A stretch of 64,000 bases of DNA. Source: Clostridiales bacterium UBA4644. GTDB taxonomy: Bacteria; Bacillota; Clostridia; Oscillospirales; Butyricicoccaceae. The number at the start of each line of letters is the position of its first letter. The stretch's first letter is position 1. The notes under the pieces are model-generated. The model made no database searches and was not told the origin of the DNA. It worked only from the letters and a program-made list of their open reading frames with translations. Both the position numbers and the translations under genes were made by a program. This document shows, one piece after another, positions 25,713-34,528 of the stretch. The DNA lies in contig DHMK01000040.1 of assembly GCA_002405755.1 (NCBI GenBank), positions 798 through 64,797 of the forward strand. Reading direction: 5' to 3'.

Positions 25713-28700
25713 GCCAGGTAACATGGACAAAGCAGCAGCAGGCTGCGATCCAAAGCAGAAGCGGCAGTCTTATCGTTTCTGCTGCGGCGGGCTCCGGCAA
25801 GACTGCAGTGCTGGTGCAGCGGGTGCTGGAATGGATCACCGATCCCAAGGATCCCTGCGGGATCGACGAGCTTCTGGTGGTGACCTTTACCAACGCCGCC
25901 GCCGCGGAGATGCGCTCCAAGATCAGCGACGAGCTTCACCGCCGGCTGGCGGAGCGGCCGGAGGACAGCGGTCTGCGGCGTCAGCTGGCCCTTTTGGGGA
26001 GCAGCCGGATCCAGACGGTCCATTCCTTCTGCCAGAGCCTGCTGCGGGAGCATTTTTCCCTCTGCGGCGTGGACCCGGATTTCCGCCTGGCCGACGAGAC
26101 CCAATGCGCCCTGCTGAAGGAGCAGGCGCTTTCCGCAGTGCTGGAGGAGGCCTATGCCCAGGGCGCGGCGGATTTCCGCACCCTCTGCGAAAGCCTGACG
26201 GAAGGCCGCTCGGATGAAAAGCTGGGGGAAGCGGTGCTGGCGCTGTATGAGCGTCTGCGCAGCCATCCAGCGCCGGAGCGGATGCTGGCGCTGCTGCCGG
26301 AGCTTTGCGCCGCCGGACCGGAGGCCAGCGGCTGGGGCAGGTATCTGCAGGCCGCCGCCGCTTCCCGGCTGGAATATGAGCTTTCCGCGCTGGAGCGGAC
26401 CTGCGCGGAGGCGGAGACGGTGCCGGAGGTCTGGGAAAAATACGGTGCAACGCTGGAGCGGTACCGGGCCTTTGGCCTGCGCCTGCGGGAGAGCATCCGG
26501 CAGGGCTGGGACACAGCCTGCGCATGCCTGGAGACCTTTGACAAGGGCCGTCTGACGCCCTGCCGCTATGAGGACAAGGCGTTTGTAGCGCGGATCAAGG
26601 CGGGAAAGGACCGGTTTGCCGCGCTGGTGCCCCAGCTGAAGAAGGAGGTCTATTTCAGCGATGCGCGCCGGACGCTGGCAGAGGGCCGGGAGACTCGTCC
26701 CATGGCGGAAGCGCTTTGCCGCCTGACCCGGCAGTTCACAGAGCAGTATCAGGCGCTGAAGCGGCAGAAAAACCTGCTGGATTTCAGCGATCTGGAGCAT
26801 CTGGCCCTCCATCTTCTGCAGGCGGAGGACGGCAGCCCCTCGCCGCTGGCATCGGAGCTTCGCCGGGGGATCCGGGAGCTGCTGGTAGACGAATATCAGG
26901 ACACCAACGAGATCCAGGAGCAGATCTTCAACGCCCTGCGGCAGGCGGGAGACAGCGCCTTTTTCGTGGGGGACGTGAAGCAGAGCATCTATGGCTTCCG
27001 CCTGGCGGATCCGGATATCTTTCTGGACCGCTATCTGTCCTCAGAGCCCTGTGAAAAGGCCGGCGGCAGCCGGCACAGGCTGGCGTTGAACCAAAACTTC
27101 CGTTCCCGGCAGGAGGTTTTGGAGCTTTGCAATTTTTGCTTTTCCCGGTTGATGACGCGGGAGTTCGGCGGTGTGGATTACGACGGGGAGCAGCGGCTCC
27201 GCTGCACCGATCAGCCGGGCTGCCAGCCCTCGGAGGTCCTGCTGCTGGACTGCGGTGAAAAGTCCGGCGAGGAGGAGGAGCGGCGCAGCGTTCTGGAAGC
27301 CCGCCTGACGGCAAAGCGGGTGAAGCGGCTGCTGGTGGAGGAGACTGTGACGGAAAAGGACGGCTCCGTCCGGGCTGCCCGGCCGGAGGATGTTGCCATC
27401 CTGCTCAGCTCCTTTTCCAATAAGGCACCGATCTTTCAAAAGGCGCTGCTGGAGGAAAAGCTCCCCTGCGGCGGCAGCGGCGGCGCGTTTTTCGGGACGG
27501 TGGAGGTCTCGGTGATGCTCTCGCTGCTGCGGCTGATCTGGAACAGGCGGCAGGATATCCCTCTGGTCTCCGTGCTGCGCTCGCCGCTGTATCTGGCCTC
27601 GCCGGATCTGCTGGCAAGGCTGCGGCTGGCGGCGGGGGAGGGCGATCTGATCGACGGACTGAACGCGCTGGCGGCATCTGAGCCGCTGTGCACCCGGCTG
27701 CTGCTGGATCTGGAGCGCTATACCGAAAGCGCCAGAGAGCGGCCCGTTTCCGCGCTTCTCCGGCAGATCTACAGCCTGACCGGAGCGGAAAGCGTGTTTG
27801 GCGCGCTGGATCAGGGCCCGGCCCGGGTGCGCAATCTGAGCCGCCTATTGGAGCTGGCCCGGCCCTTTGACGGCGCTTCCGGCGGGCTGGGGGCCTTTTT
27901 GCGGTGGATGGATCAAAAGCTGACGGAGGACAAGGATCTGGATCCGCCGGAGGGCGAGCGCACCGGCGTGCAGCTGATGAGCATCCACCGATCCAAGGGC
28001 CTGGAATATCCCTTCGTTATCGTTCCGGATCTTTCCAAGCAGTTCAATCAGGAGGACCTGAGAAAGCCGGTGATGTTCCATCCGGATCTGGGCCTGGGCT
28101 TCCGGCTCCGCCGCCCGGCGGAGCACGCCGAATATCACACGCAGCTGCAGCAGGCCATCAGGATCTATACCCGGGGGGAGCTGCGGAGCGAGGAGCTGCG
28201 CAAGCTTTATGTGGCCATGACCCGGGCCCGGCAGAAGCTGATACTGGTGATGTCTGGCGGCAAGCTCACCGAGCAGGTGCAGAAGATCGCCCGGGAGAGC
28301 GGCGGCGTGCCGGCCCCGGCCTGGCTGGCCGCCCAGGACAACGCCATGCGCTGGCTGCTGGCAGCGCTTTTGACGCATCCTGCCGGCGGCGCGCTGCGGG
28401 CTCTTTGCACGGAAAGCTTCCCGCTGGGAACGGACGGTACGGCAGAACGGCTGGTCTGCCGGATCTATCGGCCGGATCAGCTGGAGGAGATCGGTCCGGA
28501 GGCCGGGGCTGTGCCGCTCCGGCACAGCCTGCAGGACGAAGCGGCGCTGGGACCGGAGCAGAAAGCGCTGGATGCGCTGGCTGCCAAAAGCATGGAGCGT
28601 TATGCCCATCTGGCGGCGGCGGCGCTGCCCTCCAAGCTGACGCCCACCGGCCTGAAAAAGTTCATCCCGGAGACCGGCGAGATCTTCGGCGCACCGGAAC

Positions 28701-29263
28701 GGCCCAGGGCGCGGGACCACCATCCTTCGCCGCTGCGCCGCCCGGATCCCGATGCCGCGGCCAGGGGAACGGCCATGCATAGGCTGCTGTGCCGGGCGGA
28801 GCTGCGGGAATGCCAGACGGCGGAGGGCGTCCTGCGGCAGGCGGCGCTGCTGCGGCAGAAGGGATTTTTGACGGAGGAGCAGGAGCGCCTGCTTCTGCCG
28901 GAGCCTGTGGCTGCCTTCGCCCGGTCGGAGCTGGCTGAAAGAGCGGAAAAGGCCGGACGCGTTTTGCGGGAATATGAGTTCAGCGTTCTGCTGGCTGCAG
29001 ACGCGCTGCTGGAAAACGGCCCGGCGGGGGAGCAGATCCTGCTGAACGGCGCCATGGATCTGGTGCTCTTTGAGGAGCAGGGCCTGACCGTCGTGGACTT
29101 CAAAACAGACCGGGTGACGCCCGGACAGGAGGAAACGCAGGCAAAGGAGCATGCGCTGCAGCTCGACCTCTATCAAAAGGCGGCGGAAGCGGTCTTTGGC
29201 CGGCCTGTGGCGGAAAAATGGGTCTGGTTTTTGCGGACGGGAAAGGGCGTCCTTTTGAAATAA
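25703..29263 (+). CDS. addA: helicase-nuclease AddAB, subunit A (UvrD-like helicase plus nuclease)
   Basis: 1186-aa ORF containing WTKQQQAAI..VSAAAGSGKT (Walker A), DEYQDTN, and a C-terminal RecB-type nuclease (..GAMDLV..VVDFKTD). Confidence 0.92.
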   Translation: MAVSQVTWTKQQQAAIQSRSGSLIVSAAAGSGKTAVLVQRVLEWITDPKDPCGIDELLVVTFTNAAAAEMRSKISDELHRRLAERPEDSGLRRQLALLGSSRIQTVHSFCQSLLREHFSLCGVDPDFRLADETQCALLKEQALSAVLEEAYAQGAADFRTLCESLTEGRSDEKLGEAVLALYERLRSHPAPERMLALLPELCAAGPEASGWGRYLQAAAASRLEYELSALERTCAEAETVPEVWEKYGATLERYRAFGLRLRESIRQGWDTACACLETFDKGRLTPCRYEDKAFVARIKAGKDRFAALVPQLKKEVYFSDARRTLAEGRETRPMAEALCRLTRQFTEQYQALKRQKNLLDFSDLEHLALHLLQAEDGSPSPLASELRRGIRELLVDEYQDTNEIQEQIFNALRQAGDSAFFVGDVKQSIYGFRLADPDIFLDRYLSSEPCEKAGGSRHRLALNQNFRSRQEVLELCNFCFSRLMTREFGGVDYDGEQRLRCTDQPGCQPSEVLLLDCGEKSGEEEERRSVLEARLTAKRVKRLLVEETVTEKDGSVRAARPEDVAILLSSFSNKAPIFQKALLEEKLPCGGSGGAFFGTVEVSVMLSLLRLIWNRRQDIPLVSVLRSPLYLASPDLLARLRLAAGEGDLIDGLNALAASEPLCTRLLLDLERYTESARERPVSALLRQIYSLTGAESVFGALDQGPARVRNLSRLLELARPFDGASGGLGAFLRWMDQKLTEDKDLDPPEGERTGVQLMSIHRSKGLEYPFVIVPDLSKQFNQEDLRKPVMFHPDLGLGFRLRRPAEHAEYHTQLQQAIRIYTRGELRSEELRKLYVAMTRARQKLILVMSGGKLTEQVQKIARESGGVPAPAWLAAQDNAMRWLLAALLTHPAGGALRALCTESFPLGTDGTAERLVCRIYRPDQLEEIGPEAGAVPLRHSLQDEAALGPEQKALDALAAKSMERYAHLAAAALPSKLTPTGLKKFIPETGEIFGAPERPRARDHHPSPLRRPDPDAAARGTAMHRLLCRAELRECQTAEGVLRQAALLRQKGFLTEEQERLLLPEPVAAFARSELAERAEKAGRVLREYEFSVLLAADALLENGPAGEQILLNGAMDLVLFEEQGLTVVDFKTDRVTPGQEETQAKEHALQLDLYQKAAEAVFGRPVAEKWVWFLRTGKGVLLK

Positions 29264-29281
29264 CTGCAGCTTCAAAGACAA

Positions 29282-29317
29282 AGCGTCCGCAGGATCTTCT
29301 GCGGACGCTTCTATTTT
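29282..29317. terminator. terminator between the convergent addA and yigZ genes
   Basis: AGCGTCCGCAG-loop-CTGCGGACGCT followed by TCTATTTTC. Confidence 0.75.
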
Positions 29318-29334
29318 CACGGGAGCCAAATGGA

Positions 29335-29958
29335 TCAAAGTTTTTTCGCCACCCATTCCTCGCCGTCGGGAATGGGCCGGAGCCTGCCGGCGGTGAGCTC
29401 GGAAAGCTGCGCGGAAAGGGCGGGCAGCCGCTCGGCCGGCAGCGCCGCCGTCAGCTCCACGGAGACGCCGAACACAGCGCCGGTCTCCTCCGCTTCAAAC
29501 AGCGGAAGCAGCCGCCGGACCTGCTCCAGCAGGGGATAGGGACAGTCCAGCCGGATGCGGGCAAAGGTCTGCATCATGGCCTGTCCTGCGGCGTCCAGCG
29601 CCAGCTTGCAGGTGTGGCTGTAGGCCCGGACGAGACCGCCTGCCCCCAGCAGCGTCCCGCCGAAATACCGGGTGGTGACGCACATCACATCAAACACTGC
29701 TTCCTTCTTGAGTACCTCCAGCGTTGGCATGCCGGAGGTCCCCTGCGGCTCGCCATCGTCGGAAAAGCGCATGACGCCGCTCTGCAGCACGTAGGCATAA
29801 ACATTGTGGCTGGCGTCCCAATAGGTTTTGCGCACGGCGGCCAGGATCTCCTGCGCCTGCTCCGGCGTCTGAATTTTATAGATATGGCCGAGGAAACGGG
29901 ATTTTTTCTCGATATACTCTACCTCCGCCTCCTGCCATGGGACCTTAAAATTCTTCAT
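29335..29958 (-). CDS. yigZ: YigZ/IMPACT family protein
   Basis: I prefer the start MKNFKVPWQEAEVEYIEKKSRF at 29958, which has an AAAGGAGAA SD. UPF0029 signatures are present (KSRF, HNxYAY, DDGEPxGT.G.P, RYFGG). It overlaps the hflX stop by 14 nt. Confidence 0.85.
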   Translation of the reverse strand: MKNFKVPWQEAEVEYIEKKSRFLGHIYKIQTPEQAQEILAAVRKTYWDASHNVYAYVLQSGVMRFSDDGEPQGTSGMPTLEVLKKEAVFDVMCVTTRYFGGTLLGAGGLVRAYSHTCKLALDAAGQAMMQTFARIRLDCPYPLLEQVRRLLPLFEAEETGAVFGVSVELTAALPAERLPALSAQLSELTAGRLRPIPDGEEWVAKKL

Positions 29959-31252
29959 GCTTTCTCCTTTGCTCCGGCGGGAGCACCTCCTGCAGCCGGC
30001 CGAAGACCTTTTCGTCCACGACGGCCTCCACATGGATGCCCGTCTCCACATAATCCGCCCGGCGCACGTTGGCCGCCCGGTAAAGATAATCCAGCAGCTG
30101 CGCCTGGGCATAGGGAAGGACGAAGTCCACCGTGTGCAGGTCTTCTCCCAGCACCTGACAGATCCGGTCGACGATCTGCTCCAGCCCCAGCCCCTTCAGG
30201 GCGGAGCAGAAGAGCGCGCCGGTTTCCCGGGGCAGCTGATCCTCCCGCAGCCGGTCGGCCTTGTTGAAAAGCAGGATGCGGGGCGTTTTTTCCGCGCCCA
30301 GCTGAGAGATCAGCTCCTCCACCACCTGGCTCTGCAGCCGCCACTGCTCATCGCTGGCGTCTACCACATGGAGCAGCACGTCCGCATAGGTCAGCTCCTC
30401 CAGCGTGGAGCGGAAGGCGTCGATCAGATGATGGGGAAGCTTGCGGATAAAGCCCACCGTGTCGGAAAACAGCAGGTCGCCCATCTGCTGGGTGTGCAGC
30501 AGGCGGGTGGTGGGGTCCAGCGTGTCAAACAGCCGGTCTGCCGCGTGGACCTCCGCGCCGGTGAGGGCGTTGAGCAGGGTGGATTTGCCCGCGTTGGTGT
30601 AGCCCACGATGCAGATCAGCGGGATCTCGTTCTTTTCCCGTTTGCTGCGCTGGGTAGCCCGGACCCGCTGCAGATCGCGGATGTCCTCCTGCAGACGCTG
30701 GATCTTGCGGCGGATGTGCCGCCGGTCGGTCTCCAGCTGGGTCTCGCCGGGGCCGCGGGTGCCGATGGGGGAGGAGCCGCCGGAGGCCGTCTGCCGGACC
30801 AGATGGGTCCACATGCCCGTGAGCCGGGGCAGGAGATATTGATACTGGGCAAGCTCCACCTGCAGCTTACCCTCCGCCGTCCGGGCCCGGTCGGCAAAAA
30901 TATCCAGGATCAGGCCGCTGCGGTCGATGACCCGGCAGGAAAGCGCCTCCTCCAGCGCCCGGCTCTGGGAGGGAGAAAGCTCGTTGTCAACGATGGTCAG
31001 GTCGATCTCGTTTGCGGCGATGAGCTCCTTCAGCTCCGCCGCCTTGCCTTCGCCGATGAAGGTGTGGGGATCGGGGGTGTGCTTGTTCTGCATGGCGGTC
31101 ATGACGGTCTCGCCGCCGGCGGTCTTCACCAGCTCGGCCAGCTCCGCCATGGTGATTTCATCGGAGTTTTCAAAATCCGCAGTGCTGTCGCAGGCCAGAC
31201 CAACCAAAAGGCACCGGCCGCGCACATTTTCCCGCTTTTCCAGCATGCTCAT
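29945..31252 (-). CDS. hflX: GTPase HflX
   Basis: 435-aa ORF containing ..ELSPSQxRxLE.., QVELAQxxYxLPRL, G1 GYTNAGKST and G3 DTVGF. A GGAGG SD is present. Confidence 0.92.
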   Translation of the reverse strand: MSMLEKRENVRGRCLLVGLACDSTADFENSDEITMAELAELVKTAGGETVMTAMQNKHTPDPHTFIGEGKAAELKELIAANEIDLTIVDNELSPSQSRALEEALSCRVIDRSGLILDIFADRARTAEGKLQVELAQYQYLLPRLTGMWTHLVRQTASGGSSPIGTRGPGETQLETDRRHIRRKIQRLQEDIRDLQRVRATQRSKREKNEIPLICIVGYTNAGKSTLLNALTGAEVHAADRLFDTLDPTTRLLHTQQMGDLLFSDTVGFIRKLPHHLIDAFRSTLEELTYADVLLHVVDASDEQWRLQSQVVEELISQLGAEKTPRILLFNKADRLREDQLPRETGALFCSALKGLGLEQIVDRICQVLGEDLHTVDFVLPYAQAQLLDYLYRAANVRRADYVETGIHVEAVVDEKVFGRLQEVLPPEQRRKHEEF

Positions 31253-31284
31253 GGGAAACGCCTCCTGTCGTGGGTGATACGCTG

Positions 31285-31315
31285 AAAAAAGCGGCGCCCG
31301 GAGATCAGGCGCCGC
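31285..31315 (-). terminator. rpmE terminator
   Basis: On the minus strand, GCGGCGCC-loop-GGCGCCGC is followed by TTTTTT. Confidence 0.8.
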
Positions 31316-31333
31316 TCTATCATCTGGCAGTGA

Positions 31334-31540
31334 TTACTTGTTTTCCAGGTTGAAACGCTTCTTGAAGCGGTCAACGCGTCCGCCGGTATCGACCAGCTTC
31401 TGCTTGCCGGTATAGAAGGGATGGCACTGATTGCAAATTTCAACACGGATGTTCTCCTTCGTAGAGCCGACCTGGAACTCGTTGCCGCAGGCGCACTTCA
31501 CGGTGGTGACACGGTAGTTGGGATGGATACCCTCTTTCAT
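31334..31540 (-). CDS. rpmE: 50S ribosomal protein L31 (Zn-ribbon, C+ type)
   Basis: 68-aa ORF: [29 protein letters not shown]. Confidence 0.95.
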   Translation of the reverse strand: MKEGIHPNYRVTTVKCACGNEFQVGSTKENIRVEICNQCHPFYTGKQKLVDTGGRVDRFKKRFNLENK

Positions 31541-31579
31541 TTCTTCTCACCTCGCTGCTGATAACTTTTCGCATCAGCA

Positions 31580-31608
31580 ATCATAACACAAGAAAAGTTA
31601 GATTGCAA
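31580..31608 (-). promoter_or_regulatory. sigma-A-type promoter candidate for rpmE (TTGCAA-17 nt-TATGAT)
   Basis: The -35 is the rc of 31603-31608 and the -10 is the rc of 31580-31585. Confidence 0.45.
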
Positions 31609-31683
31609 GCCCTTTTTTGAAAATCTCCGTCAAAAAACGAGGACTTTTTAAATAAAATTTATGTTTCAATTGCAAAAAAGGGG

Positions 31684-31712
31684 TTGACTTTTGCCGCCGC
31701 AGCACGGATAAT
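31684..31712 (+). promoter_or_regulatory. sigma-A-type promoter candidate (TTGACT-17 nt-GATAAT) for the PPIase gene
   Basis: Hexamers at 31684-31689 and 31707-31712. Confidence 0.5.
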
Positions 31713-31779
31713 TGTCATGATTGCAGCACGGCAAGCCCGATGCCGCCGTCAAAATCTTTCAGCAAGGATGGATAAGAAT

Positions 31780-33309
31780 ATGGCAAAGTCCAACAATCCC
31801 AGCCGGAAAAATAGCGAGGGGACCGGCATCGGCATCAAGATCACCCTGATCGCGGTGGCTGTGCTGTGCGTGCTGGCGCTCGGCTATGCCATTGTTTCCG
31901 GCACCGGCATCCTGGCCCGCAGCACTACTGCGATGACCGTGGGCAAGGACAATATCTCCGCGGCGGAGCTCAAGCAGTTCTACGCCGACACCCGGGCCAG
32001 CTTTATGAACAGCAACGGCTATTATCTGCAGATGTACGGCTACGATACCAGCAGCGCTGCCTTCGATGCCCAGAGCTGTCTCTTTGATTCCAGCAAGACC
32101 TGGAAGGAATACTTCCTGGAGCAGGCGGAAAACACCGCCCAGCAGGTGAGCATCCTCTATCAGCGGGCCAAGGAGCAGGGCATGACCGTCTCCGAAACCC
32201 GTCAGCAGGAGGTGGATGAGTTCATGGTCAACATCCAGGAGGCTGCGGATTCCTATGGCTACAGCCTGAGCAAGTATATCTCTCTGGCCTTCGGCACCGG
32301 CATCCGGAAGTCTGATGTGGAGACCTATCGGGCTAAGCGCGCGCTGGCCTCCACCTATTACGATTCTCTGCTGGAGGGCTTTGGCATCACCGATGCGGAC
32401 ATCGACGCCTATTACGAGGAGAACAAGGACAGCTATGACGTGGCGGATTATTACGCTTACGAGGTGAAGTACGAGACCTTCACCTATGACGCCTCCAGCA
32501 CGGAGGAGGGCGCGCCTACCAGCGAGGAGGACGCCCAGGCCAAGACCACCGCCTCCAGGAAGGAAGCGGAAAAGACCGCCAATGCCATTTACGCGGCGCT
32601 GGCTGCCGATGGCAGCAACTTCGACGAGGCCGTCCTGGCCAATATCGACAACAGCGATGAGAGCTTTGAGACGGCGCTGTATAAGGAGTCCAAGATCTCC
32701 AGTCTGAGCGGCGTCTCCGGCGACTGGCTCAAGGACGCCGAACGCAAGGCCGGCGACGCCACGCTGGTGGAGGACGAGGACAACAAGTGCTATACGGTCT
32801 GCCTGTTCCTGGATCGCCATGTATCTGAGGATTATACTGTTGCCGTCCGCCATATCCTGTTCCAGACCGAGACCGCCGCTTCCGATGCCGATGAGACCAC
32901 CATCGCCGAGATTGACGCCGCCAATGCAGAGGTGAAGGCCAAGGCCGAGCAGGTCTATGAGCAGTGGAAGAGCGGCGAGAAGACCGAGGATTCCTTTGCT
33001 GCGCTGGCCAAGGAATACAGCGAGGACGGCTCCGCCTCCGACGGCGGCCTGTATGAAGGCGTTTATCCGGGCCAGATGGTCACGGAGTTCAACGACTGGT
33101 GCTTCGATGCCGTCCGCCAGCCCGGCGACAACGATATCGTCGAGACCACCTATGGCTACCACATCATGTATTTCGTGGAGCGGGAGGGCCTGAAGTATCG
33201 TTCCGACATCAAGAGCACCATCGAGAGCGACCGGTTCGACGAGTGGCTGGAGGGGCAGAAGACCAGCACCCCCACCACCTACAGCAAGAAGGGTCTCATG
33301 CTGCTGTAA
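31780..33309 (+). CDS. membrane-anchored parvulin-type peptidyl-prolyl isomerase (PrsA/SurA-like)
   Basis: I prefer the start MAKSNNPS at 31780, which has AAGGATGG upstream; an alternative ATG is at 31768. It has an N-terminal TM segment and a PpiC domain (VRHILFQ...YGYHIMYF). Confidence 0.82.
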   Translation: MAKSNNPSRKNSEGTGIGIKITLIAVAVLCVLALGYAIVSGTGILARSTTAMTVGKDNISAAELKQFYADTRASFMNSNGYYLQMYGYDTSSAAFDAQSCLFDSSKTWKEYFLEQAENTAQQVSILYQRAKEQGMTVSETRQQEVDEFMVNIQEAADSYGYSLSKYISLAFGTGIRKSDVETYRAKRALASTYYDSLLEGFGITDADIDAYYEENKDSYDVADYYAYEVKYETFTYDASSTEEGAPTSEEDAQAKTTASRKEAEKTANAIYAALAADGSNFDEAVLANIDNSDESFETALYKESKISSLSGVSGDWLKDAERKAGDATLVEDEDNKCYTVCLFLDRHVSEDYTVAVRHILFQTETAASDADETTIAEIDAANAEVKAKAEQVYEQWKSGEKTEDSFAALAKEYSEDGSASDGGLYEGVYPGQMVTEFNDWCFDAVRQPGDNDIVETTYGYHIMYFVEREGLKYRSDIKSTIESDRFDEWLEGQKTSTPTTYSKKGLMLL

Positions 33310-33335
33310 CAGCGCTCGGAGAAGAAACGAGCCAT

Positions 33336-33366
33336 GCCCGGACAGCCGATGCTGTCCGGGCTTTTA
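33336..33366 (+). terminator. terminator after the PPIase gene
   Basis: GCCCGGACAGC-CGAT-GCTGTCCGGGC followed by TTTTAT. Confidence 0.8.
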
Positions 33367-33389
33367 TGCTGTCTGCGCGGGCCTGCCGC

Positions 33390-34301
33390 TCAGCGGCGGC
33401 GGGAAAGACTGCCGCTGCCGCAGCATCCGCCGGTAGGGGACGCCGCGTTCTGCTGGCTCTGGCCGCAGCTGCTGCAGCCGGCGCTGCCGCCGGAAGCGGA
33501 CGCGGGGGAGACGAAATCGCTGACCTTCGGCGGGAAAAACTCATCCACCGGAAACTGGAAATTCTGGAACAGGGCGCAGGGATCGTCCGGGTCGCCGGCA
33601 CATTCCTTCTGGGGCATGCAGAAATCGTAGGCGGGCATCAGCAGCTGGATGCTGCGCTCCAGCTTGGTGATGCTGAACTGGCCCAGCGTGGCGAACAGCT
33701 GGCGGCCCTCGGAAGAGATCACCAGATCCTCGTCGAAGCAGCTGCAGATATCCGCAGGGATATCGGAGGCGGGAACGGCGCCGGAGCAGCTGTCGCAGCA
33801 GGTGTCTACCATCTTGCAGCCCAGACACACGGGATCCACCACCTCCACCACCGCCACGGGCAGATTGGTGCGCTCGATGTTCTGGATGTCCTGGGCGTTG
33901 GCCACGTAGTCGGAGCTGAAGATCCGGGCGCTGCCCTCGCTGCCGAAGAGGACCGTGCGCTTGTCGAAGGTGGCAAGCCCATGGATCTGGCGGGGACGGC
34001 CAACGCCGGAGAAGGCGTCGCAGTCCACCCGGTAGAAGTATTTCACATCTACCGTGTAGAAGCCACGGTTGTAGCTGATGGGCTCCACGTCGATGTAGGT
34101 CCAAAGCAGCTTGGCGCTCTGGGGCTTGACGTTGATGGCGCTTTCCAGGATGGCCTGGGAGGACGCGGTGAGATAGACGCGCAGGTCCTGCAGGCACTCT
34201 TTGTCCCGGCAGGAATCGTAGACCTTTCTGGTATGGATGCAAACGGCCTCCCGGGGCGGCGGATTGCCGCGGAGCGGGCCGGGGGAAACTCTTTCAGGCA
34301 T
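33390..34301 (-). CDS. cysteine-rich hypothetical protein (about 18 Cys, no family assignable by eye)
   Basis: I prefer the start MPERVSPG at 34301, with GGAGG 8 nt upstream; the track ORF extends to 34451. Coding-like composition continues throughout. Cys clusters: VCIHTRKVYDSCRDKEC, VCLGCKMVDTCCDSCSG, ICSCF, FCMPQKEC..PC, GCSSCG..GGCCGSG. Confidence 0.65.
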   Translation of the reverse strand: MPERVSPGPLRGNPPPREAVCIHTRKVYDSCRDKECLQDLRVYLTASSQAILESAINVKPQSAKLLWTYIDVEPISYNRGFYTVDVKYFYRVDCDAFSGVGRPRQIHGLATFDKRTVLFGSEGSARIFSSDYVANAQDIQNIERTNLPVAVVEVVDPVCLGCKMVDTCCDSCSGAVPASDIPADICSCFDEDLVISSEGRQLFATLGQFSITKLERSIQLLMPAYDFCMPQKECAGDPDDPCALFQNFQFPVDEFFPPKVSDFVSPASASGGSAGCSSCGQSQQNAASPTGGCCGSGSLSRRR

Positions 34302-34451
34302 AAGCGGAACCTCCTGATCAGATTTGAAGAGCATCTTCGCTACCAATCTATTCCCCGGCGGGCGGAAAGGTGCCGGAAAAGCGCCGCGCCCGACAGAAAA
34401 GCGCCTGCGGCATCCGCCGCGTTTGAACTTTTCAGAACCGTTGGAAATCAC

Positions 34452-34480
34452 TTGAAATATGCCTTTTGTTATGATAAACT
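34452..34480 (+). promoter_or_regulatory. possible lon promoter (TTGAAA-17 nt-TAAACT)
   Basis: Hexamers at 34452-34457 and 34475-34480; the -10 is weak. Confidence 0.3.
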
Positions 34481-34528
34481 ATAGTAATCTAAGTATGTCT
34501 ATCTGGTCATTTCCACAGGAGGAACCAC

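Noticed and set aside
34452-34528. Heat-shock operators (CIRCE or CtsR box) in front of lon.
   Set aside because: There is no TTAGCACTC-N9-GAGTGCTAA or tandem GGTCAAA repeat; only a single GGTCAT fragment is present.
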